From Schizochytrium sp. TIO01 (lineage: Eukaryota; Protista; Bigyra: Labyrinthulomycetes): 64,000 nucleotides of DNA. Below are positions 1 through 12,118 of this stretch, piece by piece (within the stretch, counting starts at the first letter, position 1; each line of letters begins with the position of its first letter). The notes under the pieces are model-generated. The model ran no database searches and was not told where the DNA came from. It worked only from the letters and a program-made list of their open reading frames with translations. The position numbers and the translations under genes are program-made. Location: contig SMSO01000025.1 in assembly GCA_004764695.1 (NCBI GenBank), positions 496,001 through 560,000 of the forward strand. Reading direction: 5' to 3'.

Positions 1-177
1 AGAGAGGGTTTGCAGGTGCTGCTACCAACTGGAAAAGGCCAGCACAGCCCCAAGAAAAGCGAACCAACAAAAAAGAAGAAAGAAAGAAAGAAAAAAAGAA
101 AAAAAAAGGAAAATGTAATTGAAAAGTATGATCCCTAGCCAGGTCCTGACGGAGAGGGTTCCGTCTCTCACTCAACC

Positions 178-2389
178 TTAAGCAGTGACTCGAGAGCGCG
201 CCATCAACATAAAGGCAGCTGCGACAGCTCCGAGTGTGGCCGAGGCCAGCGCTACAAGCGTAGTGTTACGGGAATTAAAAGACTTCGCTTTACTCACATA
301 AGCCGAGCCAAGCGCAAAGGGGCACTTAGGAGCAGAGGCACTGTTCTCAACAGAAGAATGTTCATCTTGTTGTCCCGTTGCCGAAGAAAGCGCAGGCTCA
401 GTACCGGCAAGGCCAAACTTGGCATCCAGTTCGCGGAAAAGGCCAATGTTCAAGCGGAAGGCGAGAATTGATTCTGCAGAAATAGCCTCTGCCTCAGCCT
501 CAGAGAGAACCATGGAATCGAGCTGTGCGCGGTACATGTTCTTGAAATCCTTGGCGCTTGAGATCTCGGGAAACTCGTAAAAGGCCGTGCCTTCGTCGGA
601 CTCCAACTTAAGTGACTTGCGAGCGACACGGCGCAACGTTTGGCCGCCGCTAAGATCACCCATGTAGCGAGTGTAGGCATGGGCGACGAGCAAAAGGGGG
701 TCACTGGCTGCGATTTGTCTCAAGCGTCCAGCATAACAGTGGGCAGCGCGAGAGAGAGTAGTTACATCCTCATGGTTGCGCCAATCTTGGCCATAAAAAT
801 ACAAGAGGTCTTGTTCGATGCGTTCCTTGCGATCAAGTTCCTTCGGAAACCAGATGGCACGTAACGCTTCGCGATGCGCAGGCTTAGTCTTCTCAGAGGT
901 GCAAACCTCTTCGTAGACCTCTTCAAGCGCGATATAAACATGGTAGAGGCGTACTGTAAAGGCAGCAAATTCATCTTTGCCAAGCTTGCACTTGATGAAT
1001 GCACGAATGAAAGAAACATTTTCAGCTTCACGGTGGACTTGGCGAGTATCCTCTTTGAGTCTTGAAGAAAGACTCATTGATGCTGTCTCTGAAGATTTCG
1101 ATTCAAGAGAGTCTTCCTTGGGGCTTGCAGGAATGCTGCCAGCAGCAAATGGGCAGGTTTTCTTCGCTATGGAATTCCCACCTGCAGGCGCAGCGATGGT
1201 CTCAATCTTGGGCTTCTCCGACAAAGAGCGAGCCTTCATAGACATTGCAGATGATGTGTCACCACCAGCGGCAAAAGGGCAGACTGCCTTCTTTGCAGGA
1301 GTTGCTGCAGATGCCTCCGTTGCAGTGGAAACAGAAGCAGAGGGCATCTCAAGCCCAAAGACAGAGTCCAGTTCACGAAAGAGTCCAATGTTCAAGCGGA
1401 AGGCAAGCACTGCTTCCTGCGCAATGGCACGAGATTCGGCGTCGGTCACATTCAAGGAATCAAGCTGGGCGCGGTACATAATCTTGAACTTCTTTGCGCT
1501 CGTGATCTCGGGGAAAAACGTAAAAGGCAGTGCCCTCTTCGCCCTGGAGTCCAAGGGACTTGCGGGCCACGCGGCAAAGCGTTTGACCACCACTAAGATC
1601 ACCAAGGTAGCGTGTGTAAGCATGGCCAATGAGAAGAAGAGGGTTTTGCTCCACAAGTTGCTTGATACGGCCGACATAGCAGTGCACGGCGCGTGAGGGC
1701 TGAGTGACTGCAGGTGCTTCGCGCCACTCACTGCCAAAAAAGAATTCGAGGTCCTTTTCGATGCGGGCTTGGCGATCAAGAGCCTCAGGAAACCAGATTG
1801 CGCGGAGAGCTTCTTGGTGGCCTTCGGGGATCTCAGTCGACGTGCAAACCTGCTTGTATGACTCCTCAAGCGCAACGTAGACATGGTAAAGGCGCACAAG
1901 GTATGCCTTGTACTCCTCATTGCCAAGCTTGCACTTGACAAATGCACGAATAAAAGCAACATTTTCGGCATCGCGGTGAACCTCGCGAGTCTCCTCCTTG
2001 AGCAGAGTCGAGAGCTGCGTGGAGGCATTCTTTGCGGCCACGGTCTCAGCAACCGCCGGAGGTGCTACAGATTCCTTCAGCTTGTTGTTGGACGAGCTTC
2101 CCTCGCGAAGGGGCTTATCCTCAAGGATGTGCAGCACAGCATCGAGAGCTGCACGAGCAGCATCTGGGTTCCCTGCGCGGCTGTGTTCCGCAATTGCCTT
2201 GTCGATGACATCTTGCAGCGACGTGGCATTTTTGAGCGCCGCAAACGGGCATGTCTTCTGCCTAGTAAACGCAGGGCATCTGTCCATGGCCTCGCGGCGT
2301 ACGCGAGCCACTTCGGTCTCAGCACTCGTCATTGCAGGGCAGGATTGCACGCCAAGGCGAATTCGTGTTTGCTGCTGCACCGAGGTCAT
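178..2389 (-). CDS. HMOX: Tandem two-domain heme oxygenase (HO-1/HO-2 family) with Cys-Pro motifs and C-terminal membrane anchor; about 736 aa after correcting a 1-nt frameshift at 1510-1518
   Basis: ORF 1460..2389 gives domain 1 (LKEETREVHRDAEN proximal His; HAYTRYLGDLSGGQ signature). The 178..2052 frame continues it (FPEITSAKKFK..LFRELD) and holds a complete second domain (LKEDTRQVHREAEN; HAYTRYMGDLSGGQ) plus the hydrophobic tail TTLVALASATLGAVAAAFMLM. The frames join at GTTTTTCCCCGAG on the minus strand. Confidence 0.92.
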
Positions 2390-2818
2390 TTTCCTTTCTT
2401 TCGACTTCTTTCTCCTCTGATTAAGGCTTCCCCGCTCTCCAAATTTCCTCCAACGACCTGCAGGTCACTCTGGATCGTGGTCGTTAGTTTGCGATCGTTC
2501 AACTGTACGATCTCCGCGCAGATCCCGCTCAAAGGATCTCCTTGCTCTTGCTTGGCCTTGTTCCTGTCGCTCTCCAGGTCCACAGTGGCGCGTGCGAGCA
2601 CGCAGAGGCGGTCTCAGCGACGGCGTGTGCGCCTCGCTCCTCTCGCGTGCGGGCTTGCTCCTTGCCGGAAGCGATTTGCTGCTCCGGGACGCCTCGCTGA
2701 AGGCCTCCTCGACGCCTCTTGGCTCGTGCTCGACTGACCTCCTTCGTCAGTGGGCGTTGCAGTTCTGCGGCACTGCCGCTCTTCGAAACCTCGCTCATTC
2801 TGCGACCAACCTCATTCG

Positions 2819-2849
2819 TTCATTCATTCATTCATTCATTCATTCATTC
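2819..2849. repeat. (TTCA)n microsatellite upstream of the heme oxygenase
   Basis: Direct tandem repeat; the same unit recurs near 26381 and, as (GAAT)n, at about 52057-52086. Confidence 0.95.
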
Positions 2850-5800
2850 TTCACAGAGTAATAAAAGAACATTTCCATCATGTCACAGAACTAACTAAAG
2901 AATTAACAAATAACATTTTTGGCGACGATGTTTCTAAGAGAAGCACTTCCTTTTTCATTAGTTAAAAAGAATTCACTTTGCCATAACAGAACACCGCAAC
3001 CGTCCTACCATAGACTATGAGACTCCTAAGTAATTTGCCAATATTTTTAATTTTAATTCTTTTAATTTAGTGGAAACAACTAACTGTTTTGTTTTCCTTT
3101 TCTCCTTTTTAAAACTAAAAAAAGAATTCTAAGCTATCTAGCATATTATACCACACCAGCAAACCGACGCGCATGTCTCACTAACGTTAAGTGTAGATGA
3201 CCCCTAACTCCGCAGTGAGGCGGAAGCAGTGCCGGAGAGTGTTTATGGTGTGGGATCTGTGGGTACCTTCAAATATGTATACACTAAGTTGCATGATTCA
3301 TCCTGCTTCCACCTCCCTTTTTTTCCGTCTCTTTCTCTTTCCTTTCTGAAACCTCCTTTCCTCTCAAAACAGTAAATAGTAGTCCTAAATAAAGGTTACC
3401 TACCTACCTACCTACCCACCCACAAGTACAGGCTTATCCTTTTAGTGTTGAATTTCGTTCTTTGTTCGGGGACGCCTGGCAAGCGTCCTATGTCTTGAAA
3501 GGGAGGGAAAGGGCTCTCGTCTTCGGCTTTAAAAACATTTTAAATCAGATTTAAAATATACACAGGTAAAGCATATATAACATGAAAGAAAACAAACACG
3601 CGGGAAAGGGCTTTTTTAGAAAAGAGCCGCACTAAGAACTGTGAACGGAAGGCGTTCTAAAAGCAGCGTGAAAGAACTTTGAAAGGGCTTTGAAAATAAT
3701 TTAAAGGCGGGCAATATGGGGTTTAAAAGCGCCTTAAAAGATTTGTGAAAAGGACGTGAAAGAAAAGCTCGCCTCCAGCCCTGGCTCCGCTGCTAGCTAG
3801 CGCCGCTCTCGCACGAGCAGAGGACCTTCTCGTGAGGCTGCGAGGCCTCCCCTGCGCTAGCCCTGCCTCCCTGCCATGGCCGGAGACCCCGTCGGCTGCC
3901 TGTGTGACTTCTCGGTCGGAGGACTTGGGAACAGCTGTCAATCAGGCTGTCAGAAAGCAGGCTCAGGAAGGCAAAAGAATCAGTCCATCCGAAGAATTCC
4001 CAGCAAGGCTCTCGCGAGGCTGTCTCCTGCCGTGGCTAGCTCCCTGTCAAGGTGCGTTGGGGTAGACGGAGGGCGAGAGGGAGGGAGGTCCTTGCTGGTC
4101 TCGAGAGCCGGGCGCCCACCATTGAAGAGCCGCCAGTGGCCAGGACACGAAAGCCTGTCCTGGACCTCGCCTATAAATCCTAGTTCTTCGATCACACTGA
4201 CTGACTGATCCCTTTCCACTGTTATTACACTACATATTACACATGCAACCTCGAGACTCCGCAAGCACCATCACTTCATATTCATCCCCTCCCGCTTCAG
4301 CCATGAGGCAGGCAACTGAAGGCGTTGGTTCGTACCGGCCTCTCGAAACCCCTTCCGTCAACGCCGGAGTTTGTTCTGCGGCTCCAATCGCAACCCAATA
4401 CATCAATCAATCGATCAATCAATCAATAACCTGAGCCATGATAAGCGCTTCTTTCGTTCATTCCTTATGGTGCTTCTTCGCCTTTCCGTGTCTGCGAACA
4501 GTGCTCTCGTCGTCCTGAGAGCACCAGGCACCGCCAGGCTCGCGAACCACCGCACCAGTGCCAGCTCTGTGCCCGAGGCCAGGGAGCAGCACGCCAAGAG
4601 CCGAGAGAATGAATGCTCACTTGGTGCGAGCCCGAGGTGGCAAAGTGAAGCGAAGCAAAGCTGCCGGGCTGAGTGAGGCAGCTTTGGCCAATCTCGAGCA
4701 CATGCAGGCATACATTTACACATACATACATACATACGGGGGTTGGAAATCTGCTTTCGATGCCGATTCTTCTGCGAAGAAGTTCTTCGATTATTTATTT
4801 TATTTTTGTTTAGTTGATTTTTTTGTTTGGTTATTGTTTTGGAATACTATGAAGTTAATGAGTCAACGAAGGAGTAGTCGCTACCTAACGGCAACTACCA
4901 CGATCGTAGCACTAGTTCTTTATTATTTTACTTTTTAATTTTTTACTTTTTAATTTTTTACTTTTATTGTATGTGATGTTACTATAAAATAGGCAGGCAG
5001 AATATGTAAAATATTATTACGCAGTTGTGGTCTGGCTAGTTGGGTCCAGTGGGAGCAGGCACAGTCCAGTCTCTCGCCAAAAAAAAAATAGCAGAACGAA
5101 ACAAGGCTCCAGACAGCTGCTGCTGATTCAGATGCCGAGCTCAAGCCTCTCCCCTTGAATAATCGATTAGTATCGCGCTTGAAATGAGCAACCATCGCGG
5201 ATGACTCGTGAAATGGCAAATGGCTAAATGCCAAGAATCTGTCAAAAGCGTCAGGGCACTAGCACTCCCATAGTGTACTCAATAGGGACAGTGTATTATC
5301 GTCCCTCGCTCTGTAGGAGGAGTTATGAGCGAGCGGAAGTGCTCTCTTGAGCTGTGTGTCTGTCCATCGAGAACCTAGATTTTGCGTCAATGTTGATAAA
5401 GACTCGAGAGCGGGCCACCAGTGCTTTCGCGATAGGGATTACTGCCTGGATGAAGTGTGCTTGACACCGCCGCGGTCCTCGCTTGGGGAATCGTTGGCCA
5501 TTCACGGCGCCACCAGGAGCGAATTCCGTGCTCAATCAGGGTGCTGCGCTCCAAAAGGGTGACCGGCGACTGCGGGGCCTCTGAGGGAAGCTTTGCCGCC
5601 ACAAACAGAAGCAACGTGCTTTCCAAACAAGCTGGCAGCCTGTAGTATCACTCCAACTGTGTGGAGAAGACGGCGCACCAGGTCCACCAGTGGTGGGTAT
5701 CTCTAGCTAGAGGCAACGTAGAAATGAATCTCGGTTGGCAACCAGCTTCTGAGCCTGTTGAGCCCCTAGGCAAAATGACCTGCGTGGCTTATGAGCCTGG

Positions 5801-7640
5801 CAGGATACATTAAAAAGAGACACTCTGGTTCATGGTGTTCTGATGCTTATAGACCAGCTTATAGGCCATCCGACTCGGTTTGGAAGGCTTCGTGAAAGTC
5901 CTTTCCGTTTCTTCATTGCGCAAAGTCCCTTTCAAAGCTTTTCTTTAAATCAAAATTTTAAATTTAATAAAAAAAACGATTGAAAAGAATATATAACTTT
6001 TTGATTTTAAAATTCACCTCTGTCTACATATATATATATATATATATGTGTATGTATGTGTATGTATATGCATTATTTAAATTTTAAAGACTATTTAAAA
6101 TAACTATTTGCCTCAGTTCTTCAGCCGTTCTCTGTTTTTGCAAGGAACGGTTAAAAATTGACTCAGGTCCGGGTACCTTGAGAGCGGCCATTGTATTGTG
6201 GCCAGAACGCAACGACTCCAACGCATTTGCAAAAGGCTGCGCTCGCTCGCGCAACCAAACCAGGTATGACGCAGAGCGTTGCAGCAGAAGGCCGGAGCGT
6301 CGAGGCAGAAAGGATGTCGAAGCAGCTTTCGCTTCGAGGGCTCTCCTACATGGTCGGTGACGTTGGGGTGCAAATGACGTTATGACGGGTAATCAATCAA
6401 TAATCAATCGATCGATCATCAACCTTGAAGAACTCGAAGGGGGCACATTCCAAAGACATTTCCTCGCTTCCTCGGGACTTCACGGAAGGAGGTCGCGGAG
6501 CTTGAGGTTTGTGACGAAGGGCAGGCAAACTCGAGCTGCTGAGCACCCGAGCTTCTGCGCGCAGCAGGGTCGAGCGGATTGCCAGGGTAGGTCGGTTTCG
6601 AGATAGGACCTGGAGGCAGAATCGGTCATCCTCGAAACGTTCTAAGGCTGCACAATCGCCAATTTAGACGTTCGTGGAATGAGCTGCAGCTGAGTGGCCG
6701 CATTCTGCAGGGCGAGATGGCGGTACGCCTTGTGACTGATCAGCTGCTGAAAGTAGAAAGCGAAGCTGGCCGACTAGATGTAGAGTTGTCCTTTGGGGAC
6801 CAGAGGTATAACGTTGTGGTTGGACTACGAGTGCCAATGTTCACGGAGCACCATCGTCCAATTTTAATTGGTACGGGTTTGGGGTAAGCCAGGGTGCACA
6901 TAATGAAGAGACAATTTGTGCACACCCTTTGGATCGACCTCTACTACCACTGATCATAGCATATTGGCCATAGACGTGAAGATGTTTGAGTTAGATGGCT
7001 AGTTGAAATCTCCAAAGCAAGCTAATGCGACAGAACTTTGCGACGAGCTTAATCGTACGCATCAGCCAGAGTCACAGGGTGTATTTCGTAAATTATACGA
7101 CGACACTGCAACTCGAGCGAACGAAGAACATCGTCTTTGCATTGTCAATAAAAATTCACTCAAAGCCGAAACTAGTTTCTTCGTGTTCCATCACACGATA
7201 TCTGGCAAGGACATATAATTGTTGATCGTAGCTGGAAATCGATCAATCTGCTCGAAAAAGTTGTTTAAAGAACCCATAATATGCACAGATAGAGAAACTA
7301 TGCAAGAGCAAGATAATGAAAGGTCATAAAATGAATAGATAAACTGAATTTGTACTTTAAAAAGAAAAGAAAAAGTATTATATTGGAATGAGAAAAAAGA
7401 TGTTGGGTGTACGCGCTAAAGAATGCATAGAATGCCAGCAAGCGAGCAGAAACTGCTTAGTCAGGTTCTCTTTACCCTCGATTCACCAATGGATAAACTT
7501 GTCAATTGGGTTCCCCCCCTTTCCCGTGAAACTCCTTGCTAACCCGGGTCTGTCGAAATTACACGCCCGGTGGGTATCCACGGAGATCACATTTAAACTA
7601 AAAGGGAGTATTCTGTTGTCCTAAAGCGTCATCACCTGGT

Positions 7641-9194
7641 TTAGTCCATGGTCGGAAGGTTGTCCACCACAGTAAAGTCGCAGCCCGTAGCAGCACGCAC
7701 ATCCTCTAGGGAGTGCTGAGAAGAGATCTCAATAAGAGTGAGCGAGCCAGTAACCTTGTCAACGTCAAAGACACCCATCTCAGTGATAATGCGGTCAACA
7801 ACACCACGGCCAGTGAGCGGAAGACTGCAAGATTTGAGGATTTTATGAGCTCCACCCTTAGCAGTGTGCTCCATAGTAACAACAACACGAGTACCTGAGG
7901 ACACAAGGTCCATGGCACCACCCATACCCTTGACCATCTTGCCCGGAATGATCCAATTGGCGAGATCTCCGTTCTCGGCAACCTGCAAGGCGCCAAGCAC
8001 AGTGAGGTCAACGTGAGCTCCGCGAATCATGCCAAAAGACTCAGAGCTGCTAAAGATGCTAGAGCCAGGAATCATGGTGACAGTTTCCTTGCCAGCGTTG
8101 ATGAGATCCGGGTCCACCTCCTCTTCGGTCGGGTAGGGACCGAAGCCAAGCAAACCATTTTCAGATTGCATCTCGATCTTAATACCCTGCGGGAGGTAGT
8201 TGCTAGCCATGGTGGGCAGACCAATACCGAGGTTTACATACATGCCATCCTGGAATTCTTTGGCAGCGCGGCGGATAATGCGTTCGCGAGACGGGTTCAG
8301 ACCTTTGGGGGTTTCGTCAGAAGGCGGGCGGTACAGAGTACGCTTTTCGATGCGCTTCTCGTAAGACTTACCCTGGATCAAACGATCGACATAAATACCC
8401 GGTACGTGGATCTGATCAGGATCAAGCGAGCCAGCCGGCACGATCTCCTCAACTTCAGCAATAGTTACACGAGCAGCCTTGGCACACTCCGGGTTGAAGT
8501 TGCGAGCAGTCTTACGGAAAACCAGGTTGCCGCGCTCGTCAGCCTTCCATGCCTTGACCAGTGCAAAATCGCCAGTGATGGCCTCTTCCATGATGTATTG
8601 GCGTCCATTGAACTCGCGAGATTCACGAGGGTTGGCGCGGATCACCTCAGGCCCCTCCATAGCGCCCCCTGGGCCAAACTTGATCGGAAACCCGCCTTCT
8701 TGAATTAGAGTTCCAGCTGCAGTGGGCGTGTAGAACGCAGGAATCCCAGCTCCACCAGCACGAAGACGCTCTGCGAGTGTACCTTGAGGAGTCAGCTCGA
8801 CCTCGAGCTGACCTGACAGGTATAGCTCCTCGAATTTCTTGTTCTCGCCAACATAGGACGAAATCATGCGCTTGATCTGGCCGGTTTGCAGCAAAAGCCC
8901 AAGACCAAAGTCATCAACACCGGCATTGTTAGAGACTGCCGTAAGACCTCGCGATCCCTTCTTGACAAGAGCCTCAATGAGGTTCTCGGGAATACCACAG
9001 AGGCCGAATCCGCCTACGAGCAGTTTTGCTCCGTCAGGAATATCTGCAATTGCATCTTCGGGGTTCTCAAAAATCTTATCTGACCTTTTGCGATCGCCGG
9101 GTGCTGCTGTGCTCAGCCCCCTTGCGCCAAATCGGCCTCCAAGTCGCAGCGCTACGCCGCTTCGTTGACCCAAGACCCGAGCGACGGTCTCCAT
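7641..9194 (-). CDS. OXCT1: Succinyl-CoA:3-ketoacid CoA transferase (SCOT), single-chain mitochondrial type, 517 aa
   Basis: [42 protein letters not shown], catalytic SENG and GMGGAMDLV motifs. Arg-rich N-terminal transit-like peptide from ATG 9194; the ORF-track start at 9233 is a GTG. Confidence 0.97.
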   Translation of the reverse strand: METVARVLGQRSGVALRLGGRFGARGLSTAAPGDRKRSDKIFENPEDAIADIPDGAKLLVGGFGLCGIPENLIEALVKKGSRGLTAVSNNAGVDDFGLGLLLQTGQIKRMISSYVGENKKFEELYLSGQLEVELTPQGTLAERLRAGGAGIPAFYTPTAAGTLIQEGGFPIKFGPGGAMEGPEVIRANPRESREFNGRQYIMEEAITGDFALVKAWKADERGNLVFRKTARNFNPECAKAARVTIAEVEEIVPAGSLDPDQIHVPGIYVDRLIQGKSYEKRIEKRTLYRPPSDETPKGLNPSRERIIRRAAKEFQDGMYVNLGIGLPTMASNYLPQGIKIEMQSENGLLGFGPYPTEEEVDPDLINAGKETVTMIPGSSIFSSSESFGMIRGAHVDLTVLGALQVAENGDLANWIIPGKMVKGMGGAMDLVSSGTRVVVTMEHTAKGGAHKILKSCSLPLTGRGVVDRIITEMGVFDVDKVTGSLTLIEISSQHSLEDVRAATGCDFTVVDNLPTMD

Positions 9195-10312
9195 CTCGCT
9201 TGCAAGCGCGACTTCTAAGCGTACTTTGCCCACTCAACCCAGGAACAAAGCAACTCGTCAAGTCCCAAGCTGCAGACCAGTATGTCTTATCCTCGCAAGT
9301 CACGGGGCTTTGCGGCACTGCTCGCAGCCGTTTCGAGTTTGCCTTCGCTCGAGTATTATATTTCTATGTCTATCCCAGTTCGATCTTCACTCGAATTCGG
9401 ATCAGTCCCTTCTTTTGTGTATCCCCTAAGTTCGACTTAGGACCCCCTTAGCACCAGTATCCTGTTTTTTCATATGGGTTTATATGGAGGTACTTAGGTA
9501 GTAGTAACAGTAGTAGTGAAACTTTCTCTTCCTTTTGCTTCTTTTCTGATGATAATTTGTCAACGCATGTACAAAACAAAAAATTGTAAACGCATTTCCA
9601 CTCCTATTGAGCTTAACTTTTGCGATGCGAAAGCAACATTTAGAACTTCTTGAATTTGTGCTTTTATAGATCATGGCCATCGTCGCGAGGAAGAAATGAC
9701 CCTCAGAAGTTTCGATGCAGGCGTTTCATGATAGGAAAGACTCTCTCGATTTGTTATCGTCATGGATTGACTCGAACTCGAACGCGAAAGACGTGAGCTC
9801 GAAAATAGCAGCTGCATTAGACTGCTTTGCTTTGCTGTCATTTGCAGCTCAACCTATCGACTCACAACGCGTTTCCGAGTTCACTTCCACTTCGCTTCGA
9901 TTTGTTGCTCCTAATCATTAGGTAGTAATGTACCACTGACATTTTTTGTAATCGCTTTCTATCTTGAAAGGCAAAACACGCGAAGGACTGACTCAGAATT
10001 CCTATGGAAATGGAAACTTGGATCAGTTGCGAAGAATGCAAATACCCACCACGCTTGCTCGGCTTCATGCTGGTGTAGAACGTGCATGCACGAACCTCCT
10101 CGAGCGTGACTGCCTCCCTCGGTCTGACTAACTAGCCTTCATCAGCAACGATCTTCTGCGTTGTCAAAGGCCTCCTTCAGTCTATTGAGCTTATTGAGCT
10201 TGAACTTTGGCTTGAGACCCGAATCCGTCTCTTCGCTCAGCAGTGGGACTTTGCGAATGGGGTGCGCTAGGATGTTCTAGTGATCAGCATAGAAGGCGAC
10301 GTATTCTGCGCA

Positions 10313-10345
10313 AACCTAACCTAACCTAACCTAACCTAACCTAAC
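10313..10345. repeat. (CCTAA)6 / (TTAGG)6 telomere-like interstitial repeat
   Basis: aacctaacctaacctaacctaacctaacctaac seen directly. Confidence 0.9.
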
Positions 10346-10891
10346 TGAGACTCGAGAGTTCCCGCGCGTTTTGTGCACCGTGTGGAGGGCGGTTCCGTAT
10401 GTTCCACATGATCCAGGGGCCTCAAAAGGCTGGGAATTCCCAACGGTCTCAAACTGGGCCAGGCGTCGCTTCGAGCATGGGAAGCTCCTGAGTGGGTAGC
10501 GTAACGGGCTGGGAGATTAAGTGCAAACTTTGGAGATAATGATTTAAAGGGTGGAGCCCAAGGTTAATTCGTTTGTGATGGTATGTGCAGCTTCGAAAAT
10601 GCGTCATTCATGGCGTTGAAATAAAGTCATCGTCTCGCCGAACTAAATCTATCCGTTCATTGAGGTATCTAGCAGTCAGCTGCTTTTTGCCTGTGCAGTC
10701 CCTTGTAGGCAGTTTGCATAAATAACCGAGAGACATTGTAAACCAGCTGCTGGTTCTGGAAGATGGCTTGAAAGTACTGGCTATAATGACAGAAGATTTC
10801 CCGATTCCTTCTCAGTTGCAAATTGCAAATCCAAAGATAAGAGTTGTGCGAACTGCCAAGGCTTAAATTTCAACTCGATGTATCGAAGATC

Positions 10892-12118
10892 ATGCCGTGT
10901 CCTTTTGGTCAAAACTCATGGGAACTGCCAGAAGAGGAATGGGAGGCCATGATGATACCCCTAGAAGATGAAGTTTTGCAACTTTCAGGACTTGAAAAGG
11001 AAGAGTATCAAGCAGAATTTACAATGTTTACGATGGCCGGCGTACCTTTTAAAGTTCGCACTATATACATCCATCGTGAGGACAAGCACAAACCATCTCT
11101 ATTGTTGACACACGGCAATATGTCAATGGCAATTGGCTATTTCAGAATGTTCAAAACGTTATCTAAGTACTTTAGAATTGTTGCATTTGACAACATGAAC
11201 TTAGGCCTGAAAATAAAATCTTCAGAAATGCGGCACGCCAATAATAGCGAGAGAAGCCCTGAACAAGCGGAGTCTTGGATTATGGAATGGCTTGAAAATG
11301 CTATTGGGCGAATGGACCTACCTGAAAAGTTCTACATGGCTGGCGTTTCCTTCGGGGGCTACCTTTGCATGTTGTATGCAAGCATGCACCCGGAGCGTAT
11401 CGAATCTATGTTTTTACTTAACCCACTTGGAATTTCCTCCTACGATAGGAAGTCGTACATGTCATACAGCGGTGTGCCCTTAATTGATGATGAGAGATGC
11501 GAAACTACGAAGTGCACAGACGCGAACCTTAAGCGCATTATACAAGGTAAAACTGGGAGTGACATAATGAATCGTCAAAAATTACATATGAAGAAAATAG
11601 TTCTTACCTTAATAATTGGTGGAGTAAAAAATGCAATGCATAAAGGGAAACACCCAGATGAACTTATTAACGTTTTTACAAAGTATTACTGGCACATGCT
11701 CGCGAGACCCGGTGCAGCAGATATAACAATGGAAGGGCCCTTTCAGTGGTTTGCGCATACCATTCATTCCATGCATGAACCAGACCGCCTTAACAATCCA
11801 GCCTGCAATTTCCCGCTTGCGATTGCTTTCGGAGGTCGAGGCGAATTTGCTAGTTCCGAAGGTGCGGAGAACTTGCTAAATATGATTAAAAACTATAATG
11901 AGGGGCGAATTAACTTGTTCAAATTAGAAAGAGATACCACAGCAATAGGCGAATCTCATAATTTACAGGGTGATTTCCCTGACGAGGCAGTGGCAATTAT
12001 GCTGAAGCACTTTGATGGAACCATCCAAGGCAGGTGGGAGCCAACAAAATTGGCTTCCCGCACCACTAAGCTAAGACCCAGCGCTCGGGTGGCCCCAGAA
12101 AATCTCTTTGTAAATTAG
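10892..12118 (+). CDS. Alpha/beta-fold hydrolase (ABHD4/ABHD5-like lipase or acyltransferase family), 408 aa
   Basis: LLLTHG oxyanion motif, FRIVAFD strand, nucleophile elbow GVSFGG (GxSxG), YASMHPERI and candidate catalytic His in GESHNL. First ATG is at 10892; intronless and AT-richer than neighbouring genes. Confidence 0.85.
   Translation: MPCPFGQNSWELPEEEWEAMMIPLEDEVLQLSGLEKEEYQAEFTMFTMAGVPFKVRTIYIHREDKHKPSLLLTHGNMSMAIGYFRMFKTLSKYFRIVAFDNMNLGLKIKSSEMRHANNSERSPEQAESWIMEWLENAIGRMDLPEKFYMAGVSFGGYLCMLYASMHPERIESMFLLNPLGISSYDRKSYMSYSGVPLIDDERCETTKCTDANLKRIIQGKTGSDIMNRQKLHMKKIVLTLIIGGVKNAMHKGKHPDELINVFTKYYWHMLARPGAADITMEGPFQWFAHTIHSMHEPDRLNNPACNFPLAIAFGGRGEFASSEGAENLLNMIKNYNEGRINLFKLERDTTAIGESHNLQGDFPDEAVAIMLKHFDGTIQGRWEPTKLASRTTKLRPSARVAPENLFVN

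Noticed and set aside
977-2737. Long + strand ORFs (977..1696, 1883..2737)
   Set aside because: Antisense shadows of the heme oxygenase CDS with no motifs of their own.
3151-3325. Inverted repeat CCACACCA..TGGTGTGG and GGAAGCAG/CTGCTTCC pairing ending in a T-run; considered as SRP or another Pol III RNA
   Set aside because: The SRP helix-8 motif and Pol III boxes are not convincingly present, and the stems are short.
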